From: a virus
Length of the DNA: 64,000 nucleotides
Virus record (IMG/VR): IMGVR_UViG_3300030012_001572
Span: 1 to 64,000 of that record
Reading direction: 5' to 3' (one strand)
Below are positions 44,623 through 54,761 of this stretch, one piece after another; within the stretch, counting starts at the first letter, position 1, and every line of letters begins with the position of its first letter. The notes under the pieces are model-generated. The model had not been told where the DNA came from. It saw only the letters and a list, made by a program, of their open reading frames with translations, and did no database searches. A program made the position numbers and the translations under genes.

Positions 44623-46896
44623 TTGGTTGATTTCTTTTGGGGTAATTCACCCGTTTCTTTTCCTTCTGTATCTAGCAGAATTAAAAAAGAAATGTTAGAA
44701 TTTATTCAGGAAGAAAACATTGAATTTATTTCTTATTTACAAATAGCCAAAGATACTTTAGAAGAAAAAGGAGAAAGTTCTAAAGAATTAGTAGATGAGT
44801 TTATTAAAATTTTTGACGAAATTAAAGCAGATAAGTTAATGCCTTTGATGAGAGGTCACGACGATGGAGAAAAAGCCATTGAAAATTTTACAACGAGTAA
44901 AATCAAAGATAAAACTATTACTAATGAAGAAAATGTTAATTTTTTAAATGAATTAACTGTTGGTGATTTAAGCAATTCTGACAAAATCAATAGATTAAGA
45001 GGTTTCGGTGCTTTGAAATTTGGTCAAGCATTTGAAAACTTACCTGAATTTGAGGCAGATGATTTTCTTAGCACATTCAAAGAAGACGATTATAAAATAG
45101 ATATTGATTTAAAGTTTCAAGATGTTATTCCTGATGATATGGATGATTATAATAGCGAAATATCTCCAATCAGATTTAGTTATGGTAAAGAAAATATTAC
45201 ATTTACTTCTCCTTATACTGATTCACAAATTATAGATGCTAAAAAAGAACATTTGGTAAATGAAACTAATCAAGAACCTGATTTTACTCCTAAAAAAACA
45301 AAAAGTTATCCTCCAAGAATAGTCAAAACAATGGAAATAAACATACTTGACACAACTGTTGAAGCATTAGAAGATGGTGCAAGAGTAACCGTTGTTCCTG
45401 TTGAATTAATATATAATAAAAATAATAAACTAACTGGTAAGTTTAAAGTTACTGGGGCTGAAAAAGTTCTAAAACACAATAAGTTTATTGATTTAGCGGT
45501 TGCTGGTCTTAAAGATAGAAACGATACCATGATTGATAATAGAATTTATGATTTGGGTAGCGAAGGATTGGTAAGAATAGTCAAAGGTAATTTTGAAGGA
45601 GCAGGTCTTACTGTAAGAGCCGATAGAAAAACAGAAGATGATATTGCAGATAAATTCTATAAAATGTTTTTATCTATTCAAAAAAATGTAATAGAGCCTA
45701 TGTTAAGTAATCCTCTAAATGCAATTACTTATCGTGGGGTAGTTAATTTTAAAACAGAAAGAAGTGTAAATAATTCACTAACTCGCAAAATAGAAAGATT
45801 AGCACAGACTGTTGGAAAAGGAAAGAAAAGCGATTGGAAAGCAGGTAAAGATGAAGACGGAAACCCAAGATTTATTCAAAGTGTTGAAGTTATGGTAGAT
45901 GGTAAATTTAAGCGATTAAGTGTTAAACAGGCTCAAGAACTTGAAGGGGAAGCATGGACAAATAAAGATACTAAAGAAAAAATTAGTAATGCTGAATATA
46001 TGGCTTTAGGACAACAACAAAGATTGGCATATACTCCTAATTATTATGTTATTACTATTGATGGAGAAACAAGAACTCCTACTAATGAAGTATCAACCAC
46101 GCATAGAACTATTAAAGCGTATAGATTAAAAAATGCTCCTGAAGATGCTTATGCTGAAAAACCCAAAGCAACTAAAGGATTTTTCCGTAGATTCAAAGAA
46201 TCCAATAAAAGAGGCGATTTTGGAAACGCTTATAGCGGATTTAAGAGATTTCTTACAGAAGAAGAAGGAAATCAAAAAATGCAACAAATGGAAGAAAGAC
46301 AGGAAGAAGAAAACAAAAAGAAAAACCCTTCTCAATTTACTCCGTTTAATCAGATATATAGAAAAGGAATTAATTTTACTTTTGACGGAAACTTCGTTAC
46401 AAGAGAAGAATATGAAAAACTTTCTGATAAAGTTAAAGAAAAGAGTAGATTGGTTCTTTTAAACAAAAAAAGAATACAAAAGATGAACTTTATAGATAAA
46501 GATGATTATGAACCTATTTATGAAGAAAGAGACTTAAATCCTGAAAAGGAAGAAGATGCTAAGGAACTACAATTTAGAGAAGTTCTAAGACAAAGAGAAG
46601 CAAAAAGAAGAGTAAGAAAACCTGCTGAAATTGATTCTCCTGCTAAATTTGGTAGAGTTACTGATAAATCATTAGCCGTAGTGACTGGCCCAGATTATGT
46701 ATTAAATCCATTAGTTACTTATGCTAATATTCAAGACGCTTTTAAACCTGCAATTTTGCATATTGAATTAGTAGTAACAGAAATAGGAGAGTTTTCTTTG
46801 AATCCTATGCAAAAAAGAAGAAATGATGAAATGACAAATGTTATTGAGGACATAAGAGAAAACTTATCCGTTTTAGAAGATAAATTGGGTGAGTAA
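44623..46896 (+). CDS. Large hypothetical protein
   Basis: 757 aa; GAGGTGA RBS, TTG start. Confidence 0.85.
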   Translation: MVDFFWGNSPVSFPSVSSRIKKEMLEFIQEENIEFISYLQIAKDTLEEKGESSKELVDEFIKIFDEIKADKLMPLMRGHDDGEKAIENFTTSKIKDKTITNEENVNFLNELTVGDLSNSDKINRLRGFGALKFGQAFENLPEFEADDFLSTFKEDDYKIDIDLKFQDVIPDDMDDYNSEISPIRFSYGKENITFTSPYTDSQIIDAKKEHLVNETNQEPDFTPKKTKSYPPRIVKTMEINILDTTVEALEDGARVTVVPVELIYNKNNKLTGKFKVTGAEKVLKHNKFIDLAVAGLKDRNDTMIDNRIYDLGSEGLVRIVKGNFEGAGLTVRADRKTEDDIADKFYKMFLSIQKNVIEPMLSNPLNAITYRGVVNFKTERSVNNSLTRKIERLAQTVGKGKKSDWKAGKDEDGNPRFIQSVEVMVDGKFKRLSVKQAQELEGEAWTNKDTKEKISNAEYMALGQQQRLAYTPNYYVITIDGETRTPTNEVSTTHRTIKAYRLKNAPEDAYAEKPKATKGFFRRFKESNKRGDFGNAYSGFKRFLTEEEGNQKMQQMEERQEEENKKKNPSQFTPFNQIYRKGINFTFDGNFVTREEYEKLSDKVKEKSRLVLLNKKRIQKMNFIDKDDYEPIYEERDLNPEKEEDAKELQFREVLRQREAKRRVRKPAEIDSPAKFGRVTDKSLAVVTGPDYVLNPLVTYANIQDAFKPAILHIELVVTEIGEFSLNPMQKRRNDEMTNVIEDIRENLSVLEDKLGE

Positions 46897-46897
46897 A

Positions 46898-48199
46898 ATG
46901 GGAACAACAATTTCTCCAAGTGACTTTACGGAAATTAATCCGAACTATACTCAAGGTAGAGGTTTCTATACCAATGCCACAGAAGTAGCGAATTTACTAC
47001 AAATACCTGCATTTAGTGGAACAACATACCCTACTACTGCTCAAGTAGGGGCTATCATTAAAAGAGTAGAAGGTATTGTTGATGATAAGGTAAAGCGTTC
47101 TTTTAGACCTATTATAACAAAAGATGAATACCATAATTTTGAATTTACAAGAGGCCCAAGAAATCATTATTATGGTGGTTATGTAGGATTTATTCAATTA
47201 AAACAAATGAAAGTTCGTAAGATAGTTTCACTTCAATTGTGGCAAGGAAGTCATTATGAAGAAATAGCATCGGCTCAAGCAAAAGTTCTTTTACAGGATA
47301 ACTTTAGAGATTTAAATTCTATTATTTTAGAATTACCAGATAACGGAGTTTCTTTTGAACTTCTTTCTGAAAACGATATAACACAATTAGCAGATGATGA
47401 ATTTTGTAATACCTTTGGTATTAAAACAACATCGGCTGAAATAGTTTCTTTAATAAATGAATCATTTCCTTCAACATCACAATATACTGGTGCAACTGCA
47501 ACAAAAAGCCTTACTTCTTCTAATCTCTCTATTTCTGACTTTTTCTATGCGTCAAAGGACAAGTCAAACGGCAAGCAAATTAACATATCATCCCTACTTT
47601 TGGGTGATGATGGTTCAGATTGTGTCCTCAAGGCAACAATAAAACAGTCATGCACAACGATTAACGCATCAACGGCTCTTACTGTCGCTGATTCGTCTAA
47701 ATTAGCCGTAGGTATGACTGTTAGCGGAACAGGGATTACAGGCACAATAACTATTGCTTCTATTACTGATGCAACTAATATCGTTTTAAGTGGACAAGCG
47801 AATGTTAGTGCAACTAATGATTTAATATTTACGACAACAGAATCTATACCTACTGTTTGTAATTTAACTGAGTTTACAGACAAAGAAGATTTAAAAAGAC
47901 TCGGCTCATACTGGACTATAAATGAAGAAGGAAGAATATTCTTTTTAAGAGACTATCCTTTTCATACAAATAATTCTGTTATTGTTTCTTATATTGCAGG
48001 AGATAATAGAGTTCCTTCTGCTATACATGAAGCCACAACAAAAATTGTTGCTTCTGAAATAATAAGAATGGACGACCAAAGTGTGTTAATTGCTGAAACT
48101 GGTGGAAATATTACTGCAAAAGAAAAGTATGATATTCTTCGTAAAGAAGGAATGGAAATTCTCAAAGGAAAGGGAGACATAGTTTATTTCTTGGATTGA
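46898..48199 (+). CDS. Head-tail adaptor/connector-like protein with inserted beta-rich domain
   Basis: YTNATEVANLL N-terminus; VSYIAG..RVPSAIHEATTKIVA C-terminus typical of gp6/gp15-like adaptors. Confidence 0.65.
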   Translation: MGTTISPSDFTEINPNYTQGRGFYTNATEVANLLQIPAFSGTTYPTTAQVGAIIKRVEGIVDDKVKRSFRPIITKDEYHNFEFTRGPRNHYYGGYVGFIQLKQMKVRKIVSLQLWQGSHYEEIASAQAKVLLQDNFRDLNSIILELPDNGVSFELLSENDITQLADDEFCNTFGIKTTSAEIVSLINESFPSTSQYTGATATKSLTSSNLSISDFFYASKDKSNGKQINISSLLLGDDGSDCVLKATIKQSCTTINASTALTVADSSKLAVGMTVSGTGITGTITIASITDATNIVLSGQANVSATNDLIFTTTESIPTVCNLTEFTDKEDLKRLGSYWTINEEGRIFFLRDYPFHTNNSVIVSYIAGDNRVPSAIHEATTKIVASEIIRMDDQSVLIAETGGNITAKEKYDILRKEGMEILKGKGDIVYFLD

Positions 48200-48204
48200 T
48201 AGTT

Positions 48205-48420
48205 ATGGCAGTAAAAATTGACCTTTCTAAATTTAATGAACTATTGCGAATTGAAAAGGAAAGACAATTGGCTATGCAAGAATTATCAGATATTTTAGGC
48301 TATGATGTTTCTTTTAGTGATGAAGAAGTTTTAAAAAATGCATCAGAAGCATATTCAAAATATATTGAAAAAGAGTTAAGTGCGGAGGTATTGTTATTGA
48401 TGAAGTCTCTTTACTCATAG
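48205..48420 (+). CDS. Hypothetical protein
   Basis: Short ORF in the neck region. Confidence 0.65.
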   Translation: MAVKIDLSKFNELLRIEKERQLAMQELSDILGYDVSFSDEEVLKNASEAYSKYIEKELSAEVLLLMKSLYS

Positions 48421-48908
48421 ATTTAATTACAAGTAATTGGTCTTCTAATACTGCTGCTTTAGTTTCAGCAGGAGAAATAGATGCTTCTCACGCAGTAACT
48501 CCTGATGTTATTGATATTAGAAACTTAAATGCTAATAAAGGTAAGCGTGTTGATTTAAGCAGAACTCCTGCAACAATAGTAGTATTTGAAGATTCACAGG
48601 CCATTGAATACCCAACAGTTACTTATGATGTAAGAAACGAAACATATACATTTACTCTCCATATTAGAGTATTACACGATGAAAGAGGTGGAGAAGATTC
48701 CTCATACGGCATGGATAGGCTAAGGGCTATATACTTGATACTGCGTAGGACTCTTGAAAGCAAAAGGCATGGCTATACTGCAAGCGATGGTTCTAATTTT
48801 AGGCAATTATTTTTAGGAGCAAGAAGCGAGAGTAATGACCGAGCAAAGAGGCTTTTTGGATATAAAGTAACATTAGAAGCGAAAAGATTTGCATTAAACA
48901 TTCCCTAG
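48396..48908 (+). CDS. Putative tail terminator/completion protein; probable ATT start
   Basis: Frame is open from 48369 to 48908; GGAGGT at 48384 then ATT-GAT-GAA; the ORF track shows only the last 65 aa. Confidence 0.7.
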   Translation: MDEVSLLIDLITSNWSSNTAALVSAGEIDASHAVTPDVIDIRNLNANKGKRVDLSRTPATIVVFEDSQAIEYPTVTYDVRNETYTFTLHIRVLHDERGGEDSSYGMDRLRAIYLILRRTLESKRHGYTASDGSNFRQLFLGARSESNDRAKRLFGYKVTLEAKRFALNIP

Positions 48909-48937
48909 TAAGTAAGTAAGGAAAGGGGAGAGATAGC

Positions 48938-50545
48938 ATGGTAAATACAGAAATATTTTTAGGAAGCGGAGCAAGCACAACATTTATTCCAGAACAGGAT
49001 ATATTTATTCCTGTTGATGGAACAGGCGGAAGCGCAACATCATTAACAGTAACACCCGATACAGCATTTTCGGCTGTTTTTAAATTTGTTCCGAATATTT
49101 ACATTGGAAGTAATATTGATATTTTTGATGCTTCTAATACTCTTCTTTCAAGTCATACTGTTGCTTCAAATGCAACAGGAACTATTACTCTTGCAACTGC
49201 GGTTGGAACAGGAACTCCTGCTTATGCTTTATTGAGGGCTTATGGTTCTCCTTCGCCTCATCCTGAAGTAAGTGGCCGACAATGTTTATTGGCTGATAAT
49301 TTCTTAGGATTGATGGAATCAGTTACATTCCCTAACCTAAGCCAAGAAATTAAACAAATGAATCTTGGTCTTGGTGGAACAAGAAACTTCTCTTTCCAGT
49401 ATAAAGGAATTAGAACTGCTGATAACGGTTCTCTTGCTTTAGTCGCAAATACAGGTTCATGGCTTTATTACGCTTTTGGGGCTATGGATGCTATTACTTT
49501 TGGTAGGAAAACACACCAAACAATTACTTATCCTGCTGATAATGGGCCTCCAACTGGAACTGCTGATGCAATTTATATTGAAGGAACAAATGCAAATCCG
49601 ACTGATGGAGTGGCAATAGTTACTGAAACTGGGCCACACTTTTATAGAACAGTAAAAGGCGGAACAACTCTTGTTCCTCCTGTTGATTTCACTATTTTCC
49701 CTGAAAGTAATGCAAATAATCAAACTGTGGACTTTGATACTGACGGAAGACCGAAAAACATTACTTACACAATTAAAGAACTCAATACTGACCAACTACC
49801 TTCATTCAGTCTTGAACAATCAATGGCTAAAGACCCTGCAAGTTTAACTACAAACGCAAATATCGGTGCAAGTCCAAGTCCTCTTGATGAATCAAATAAC
49901 TTTGTTAGAATAGCAAGAGGTTGTAGAGTCAATTCATTAACAATTGAGGCATCTGAAGGTGAAGAACTAAAAATGAATATGGATTTAAATGCAAGATTGG
50001 TTGATAGTATTAGTGATTTATATGCATCTGCATCTTTACAAGCAAATTATGTTTCAAGAGCAGGTCAAACAGACAATGCTAATTTATTTAATTTTAATGC
50101 AGGAACGGCACATGCTTCTCCATTCTTTTTCTCTCAAGGAACATTTAGCGCATTTGGACAACAATTCTTGAAAGTTAATTCAGTAAGTATTGCTATTAAC
50201 AATAACTTATTAGATAAAAGATATATGGGCGGTCATAGAGATATGAAAGAGGGTATTCCTGCACAACGCTCATATGAAATTACTTTTGAAGCAGTAGTAA
50301 CTGATGATTTACTATTCAAAGAAATGCTAAATGAAACAGAAAATACTACGGCTAACCGTGTAGTTTTTAACTTCACAAAGCCTGACACAAATGAAAGCAT
50401 TACTTTAGAATTTAAAGATTATTTCCTTGATACGACTGAAATTACTATTCCTGATGATAAAGGGCCAGTTACTTTTAGTTCTACTATTAAGCCAAGAAAC
50501 CTACATTCTTGCGTAGTAGTTAGCGATTATGTTCTTTTGGGGTGA
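48938..50545 (+). CDS. Major tail tube protein
   Basis: LPSFSLE, ARGCRVNSLTI, SIAINNNL and RSYEITF motifs; upstream of the chaperones and tape measure. Confidence 0.8.
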   Translation: MVNTEIFLGSGASTTFIPEQDIFIPVDGTGGSATSLTVTPDTAFSAVFKFVPNIYIGSNIDIFDASNTLLSSHTVASNATGTITLATAVGTGTPAYALLRAYGSPSPHPEVSGRQCLLADNFLGLMESVTFPNLSQEIKQMNLGLGGTRNFSFQYKGIRTADNGSLALVANTGSWLYYAFGAMDAITFGRKTHQTITYPADNGPPTGTADAIYIEGTNANPTDGVAIVTETGPHFYRTVKGGTTLVPPVDFTIFPESNANNQTVDFDTDGRPKNITYTIKELNTDQLPSFSLEQSMAKDPASLTTNANIGASPSPLDESNNFVRIARGCRVNSLTIEASEGEELKMNMDLNARLVDSISDLYASASLQANYVSRAGQTDNANLFNFNAGTAHASPFFFSQGTFSAFGQQFLKVNSVSIAINNNLLDKRYMGGHRDMKEGIPAQRSYEITFEAVVTDDLLFKEMLNETENTTANRVVFNFTKPDTNESITLEFKDYFLDTTEITIPDDKGPVTFSSTIKPRNLHSCVVVSDYVLLG

Positions 50546-50550
50546 TTACG

Positions 50551-50682
50551 ATGAGTTATACAAAAAGTGAAAAGAAAGCATTAGTGCTGAAAAGAAGACT
50601 AGAGGCGGAAGCAAGTAAGAAAAAACCGAAAAAGTCAAAGGCTGTTGAAAATACAACCGAAAGCACAGAATCAGCAGAATAA
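50551..50682 (+). CDS. 43 aa basic protein
   Basis: GGTGA RBS; MSYTKSEKKALVLKRRLEAEASKKK. Confidence 0.55.
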   Translation: MSYTKSEKKALVLKRRLEAEASKKKPKKSKAVENTTESTESAE

Positions 50683-50730
50683 TATTCCACCAACACCGTT
50701 TGTTTGTTTGTTGGTTAGAAGGTGGATAAA

Positions 50731-51102
50731 ATGTTAAATGATAAAAAAGTTGTAACGGATAAAAGTGTATTATTTGCACTAACAGAACCTACGCTACATT
50801 ATGTTAAAGTAGCACCCGAAAGTGATGAATACCTTAAAGTATGGGTTAAAGAACCTACTTGGCTTGAGGTAGATAAGGCTGTAAATAGCCTTATGAATAT
50901 AAATGCTAAAACACAAAGCATGGATATTGATTTAAATGCCATGTTTAGATATATGGTTGAGAATTTCATAGTAAAGACTGAACCACATCTCGGTGTTGTT
51001 GATATTCTCAGATTAACCCCATATGTGGGTAATCAATTAAAAGAAATTTTACCAAATCCTCTTGAATCAATGTCGGGGGATGAAGAAAAAAACGAAGATT
51101 GA
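50731..51102 (+). CDS. Tail assembly chaperone (gpG-like)
   Basis: Between tail tube and tape measure; ends at the slippery A-AAA-AAC. Confidence 0.75.
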   Translation: MLNDKKVVTDKSVLFALTEPTLHYVKVAPESDEYLKVWVKEPTWLEVDKAVNSLMNINAKTQSMDIDLNAMFRYMVENFIVKTEPHLGVVDILRLTPYVGNQLKEILPNPLESMSGDEEKNED

Positions 51103-51302
51103 AGCGTGTATTGAGGGGAGGTAAAGCCGAACCCAAAGACGCTTCATTAATCGTGGTATATACCTTAGCGAAAGCATTATCAATAAGCCCCCTTGAAATA
51201 TATAAAATGCCAGCCGAATTAGTTATGGATTTATTAGCCATTCATGGAGCAGTAAAAGAATTAGAATCAGAAGAAATAGATAAACAAATGAAAAAAAGGT
51301 GA
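51087..51302 (+). CDS. Tail assembly chaperone gpGT-like extension via -1 frameshift
   Basis: Heptamer A AAA AAC at 51087-51093; the downstream ORF is in the -1 frame. Confidence 0.75.
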   Translation, partial: KKRRLKRVLRGGKAEPKDASLIVVYTLAKALSISPLEIYKMPAELVMDLLAIHGAVKELESEEIDKQMKKR

Positions 51303-51306
51303 TTAA

Positions 51307-54129
51307 ATGTCCGAAATAGCCACTCTAAATACCTCTATACTTGGTTTAAGTGGAACTATGGAAAATTTCATCAAATCATTAGGTAAATTTGAAAAATTTG
51401 CTGATTCAACTAAAGGAAAAGTAAAAGAATTAACTAAAGTTCATGATGCTTTAGGTTTAAAACTTGAAAATAACGAACTTGTTAGTAAAAGAACTGGGAA
51501 TAGAGTAAACGAATTTGGTCAAGAAGTTACTAAAGTCGGAGACAAAATGCTCGCTTTTAATAAAAGAAGTTCTATTCTCAATGAAACTATTAAATCACTA
51601 AATAAAAGTAATGAAAGATTTAATTTAGGAATGAAATCTTTCAAAGAGTATCAAAAAAGAGGCGGAAACTTAGCGGAATATTTAGCGGAATTTATTTCTA
51701 GTTCAAGAGAAGAAATCACTATTTTTGGTGTTGAAGCGGCTAAAGCCCGTAAAGTCATGTATGGGTTTTTACCGCCTGGAATGTTTAGAATGCTGAATAA
51801 AGTTTCTTCAACCCTTCAATTATTTGGTGGTCAATATAGAAAATTAGTAACTGATTCAAGTGCTGCTAAGGAAGAAATAGAACTTTTAACTGAGGCATTA
51901 AAGGTTGCTACTGACGAAACAGAAATTAAAGGATTACAAGAAAGATTGGCCGATTTAGAAACACCTGATAATTTATTTACTAATCTCTTTAAGGGATTTA
52001 AAAAAGTAAAGGGTCTTTTAGATAAACCATTACCTCTTAATTTTGACCAAGATGGAATCAATGAAATGGACACATATGCTCAAAAAGCCAAAGCATTGTT
52101 CATGAAAAATTTTACTCTTACATTAACTCCTGATAAAAAATTAGAACTAGAAAGAACCAAAGACTTAATTAAAAGTTTAAAGAAACCAATACAGGTATCA
52201 ATGGACGATTTGAACAAAGCAAGAGAGCAAAAGGGAAGTCTTTTGGGTATTGATAGAAGTGAAGTAAAAAAGGCTGAAAAGGAATTGATGGAAACTAATA
52301 AAAAATTAGCCGAAGTAGAAGCATTAAAACAAAATGTTGCTATTTCAAGCCCTACTATTGCTATGAAATTTAATAAAGAAATAAATGAATTAAAACAGAA
52401 ATCTATTGACTTAACTTCTAAAATGCTTGATGAAGAATCAAAATATGAAATTGCTCTTCAAAAAGCAGTAGGTGATGCTAGTGATTTTGACCCTAATATT
52501 AAAAGAATAAAAGATTTAGAAAAAGCACTTGCTACTGAAAAAGAATTAGAAGATGAAGGCAGAAATGGAATAAGAAAAACTTATACAGATTTATACAGAA
52601 ATTTAGGTGAAATGCAAGAGGCATTCAAAAAAGGAGTGGACAATTCTGAAGCAATTTTACAAATAGAAACTTCTATTGGTAAAACAGGTTCTTTAATTTC
52701 TGATGCAGAAAAAACTATGGAGGCTTTAGTATCAAGAGCAGAAATGTTCCCCGATAATCCTGAATACTTTGATAGTGTAGTTAAACAACAAGAAGTCATA
52801 AATGAATTAATGGAAAGACAGGAAAATTTACAAGGGGCTTTAATTTCAAAGCAAGCCGAAGGAAAGGGATTAGATAAACTAAAAAAAGAAATAGTAGAAA
52901 ATGATTTACTAATTGCCCAAAAAGAAGAGTTTATTATGTTAATGGAAGAAGAAGTAAGATATAATAAACAAAAAATAAGTGATGCAAAAGAACTCCTTGC
53001 GGCTGGAAATTTAAATAAAAAAGCAACAGAAGCAGCATTCAAAGAAATAGAAGAAAGAGAATTAAACATTTCAGGTGCATTCACTAATATACAAGATGCC
53101 GAAGAATCTATTGATACTGCAAAAGAAAAGAATGTTGAAGCAGAAGAACAAATTGAAATATTAAAAGATATGAGGGAAAACTCAATAGATAAACTATTAG
53201 AAAAACACCCATTCTTTAGCGGCATCAATAAGTTAAGAAAAGGATTAAAAAAGGTATTACCCGCACTCGGACAAGCATTGAGAATGTTTATGATGGGCTT
53301 CTTATATGTAAGCATGGCAATATTGGCTGTATTAGCCCTTGTTAAATTATTTGGCCCAATCATAAAAGAAACCATAGCCAGTATAATAACTGTTATTTCT
53401 CCTATTATTGGATTTATTATCGGAGCAGCAAGTATGGTATTTGAAGGAATAAAAAGTATATTTAATGCATTCTTTGGTGATGGAACTTTTGAAGATGCTA
53501 TTGACGGATTAATTAAAATTGGTTTGGGGCTTCTTGGAATGGCAATAGGATTAATAGGAGTTGTTTTAGGTGCTTTGGGAACTCTTATTCTTGCAGGAGT
53601 TGGAAGTTTATTTAAGAGAGCATTAGGTTTCCTCAAAGGAATGCTTAAAAATACCAAAGCATTCCTAAAAGGAATGGCTGTTATATTGGGTATAGCAGCA
53701 ACAATTGTTGCTTTAATTATGGGTGCGCCAGTATTATTTGCATTAGCCATAGGTGTTGCAGTATTTAAAGGATTTAGTATTCTAATTAAACCTATTACTA
53801 AGGCTATTAAATATATTAAAAAGAAATTTAAAGATTTCTTAGACATTTTACCATTTGCCGAAGGAGGAACAGTCAGTAAAACTGGAATGCAATTAGTTGG
53901 AGAAAAAGGCCCAGAATTAGTTTCATTACCGAAAGGCTCAAGAGTTCATACAAACAGTAGTTCAAGAAAAATGCTTGCAGGTGGCGGAACAAGCAATACT
54001 AATAATATAAATGTAACTATTAATGCTAAAGATACATCAAGAGCAGAAATGGATAGAATAGCAAAAGAAGTATCAAGAACAATTACAAATAGTATTCAAC
54101 GACAGAATAATACTAGCAATTTGAGGTGA
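51307..54129 (+). CDS. Tape measure protein
   Basis: Long helical protein with hydrophobic repeats; C-terminal FAEGG..LVGEKGPELV motif. Confidence 0.9.
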   Translation: MSEIATLNTSILGLSGTMENFIKSLGKFEKFADSTKGKVKELTKVHDALGLKLENNELVSKRTGNRVNEFGQEVTKVGDKMLAFNKRSSILNETIKSLNKSNERFNLGMKSFKEYQKRGGNLAEYLAEFISSSREEITIFGVEAAKARKVMYGFLPPGMFRMLNKVSSTLQLFGGQYRKLVTDSSAAKEEIELLTEALKVATDETEIKGLQERLADLETPDNLFTNLFKGFKKVKGLLDKPLPLNFDQDGINEMDTYAQKAKALFMKNFTLTLTPDKKLELERTKDLIKSLKKPIQVSMDDLNKAREQKGSLLGIDRSEVKKAEKELMETNKKLAEVEALKQNVAISSPTIAMKFNKEINELKQKSIDLTSKMLDEESKYEIALQKAVGDASDFDPNIKRIKDLEKALATEKELEDEGRNGIRKTYTDLYRNLGEMQEAFKKGVDNSEAILQIETSIGKTGSLISDAEKTMEALVSRAEMFPDNPEYFDSVVKQQEVINELMERQENLQGALISKQAEGKGLDKLKKEIVENDLLIAQKEEFIMLMEEEVRYNKQKISDAKELLAAGNLNKKATEAAFKEIEERELNISGAFTNIQDAEESIDTAKEKNVEAEEQIEILKDMRENSIDKLLEKHPFFSGINKLRKGLKKVLPALGQALRMFMMGFLYVSMAILAVLALVKLFGPIIKETIASIITVISPIIGFIIGAASMVFEGIKSIFNAFFGDGTFEDAIDGLIKIGLGLLGMAIGLIGVVLGALGTLILAGVGSLFKRALGFLKGMLKNTKAFLKGMAVILGIAATIVALIMGAPVLFALAIGVAVFKGFSILIKPITKAIKYIKKKFKDFLDILPFAEGGTVSKTGMQLVGEKGPELVSLPKGSRVHTNSSSRKMLAGGGTSNTNNINVTINAKDTSRAEMDRIAKEVSRTITNSIQRQNNTSNLR

Positions 54130-54752
54130 TAGAGGTGGACGCACAGGAACATAATGTATTTTTAAAATTACAGGCATTTGATGAATCAGATGGATTATAT
54201 ATTAATACCATTCCTCTTAAAGCGGAATCAGTTGATTTCTCAACAGATAAAACAATACCTGCGTTTCCTATTCCTTTATCGGGTGCGGTTACTGGTGAAT
54301 CCACAACAATTGCTTTAGATTTAGGAATGTCTAATAAAAGTATTAATTTAAGAGGGGTTATTACTGACCAAACAATTACTAAAAAGCATGGAGATAATAC
54401 AAAAGTATTAAATTTTACTGCCCATGAAATAGCACAAATGATTGCATCAGGCGTTGATTCAACAGGTCTTGCAGAACACCAAGCATTTAATGAATTAGTT
54501 ATATTAATGCCTTCAACGGTAGATAAAGATTATAACCAAGTATCATTACGACAAATACCATTTACCTATAAAAGTAGAGGAAATGCTTTACTATTAGATA
54601 ATGCAAGAGTTCCCTTGCCTTTGACATTTCCAGACTCTATTACAGACAATGGAGTAAAGGGATTTATTCGTTCTTTTGGTTTTACTTTTAGTGGTGAAAC
54701 AAGGTTTATTGAATTTAATATGGATTTCCAAGTAGCAGTAATTCTTCCTTAA
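54126..54752 (+). CDS. Distal tail / tail-tip protein (putative)
   Basis: Directly after the tape measure gene; beta-rich. Confidence 0.6.
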   Translation: MIEVDAQEHNVFLKLQAFDESDGLYINTIPLKAESVDFSTDKTIPAFPIPLSGAVTGESTTIALDLGMSNKSINLRGVITDQTITKKHGDNTKVLNFTAHEIAQMIASGVDSTGLAEHQAFNELVILMPSTVDKDYNQVSLRQIPFTYKSRGNALLLDNARVPLPLTFPDSITDNGVKGFIRSFGFTFSGETRFIEFNMDFQVAVILP

Positions 54753-54761
54753 GGTGATATT

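Noticed and set aside
50685-50720. CCACCAACAC...GTTGGT with (TTTG)n between tail tube and chaperone genes
   Set aside because: Could be a terminator-like hairpin, but too short and weak to call
52581-53846. 421 aa minus-strand ORF
   Set aside because: Antisense shadow of the tape measure gene, explained by codon bias; no RBS or motifs
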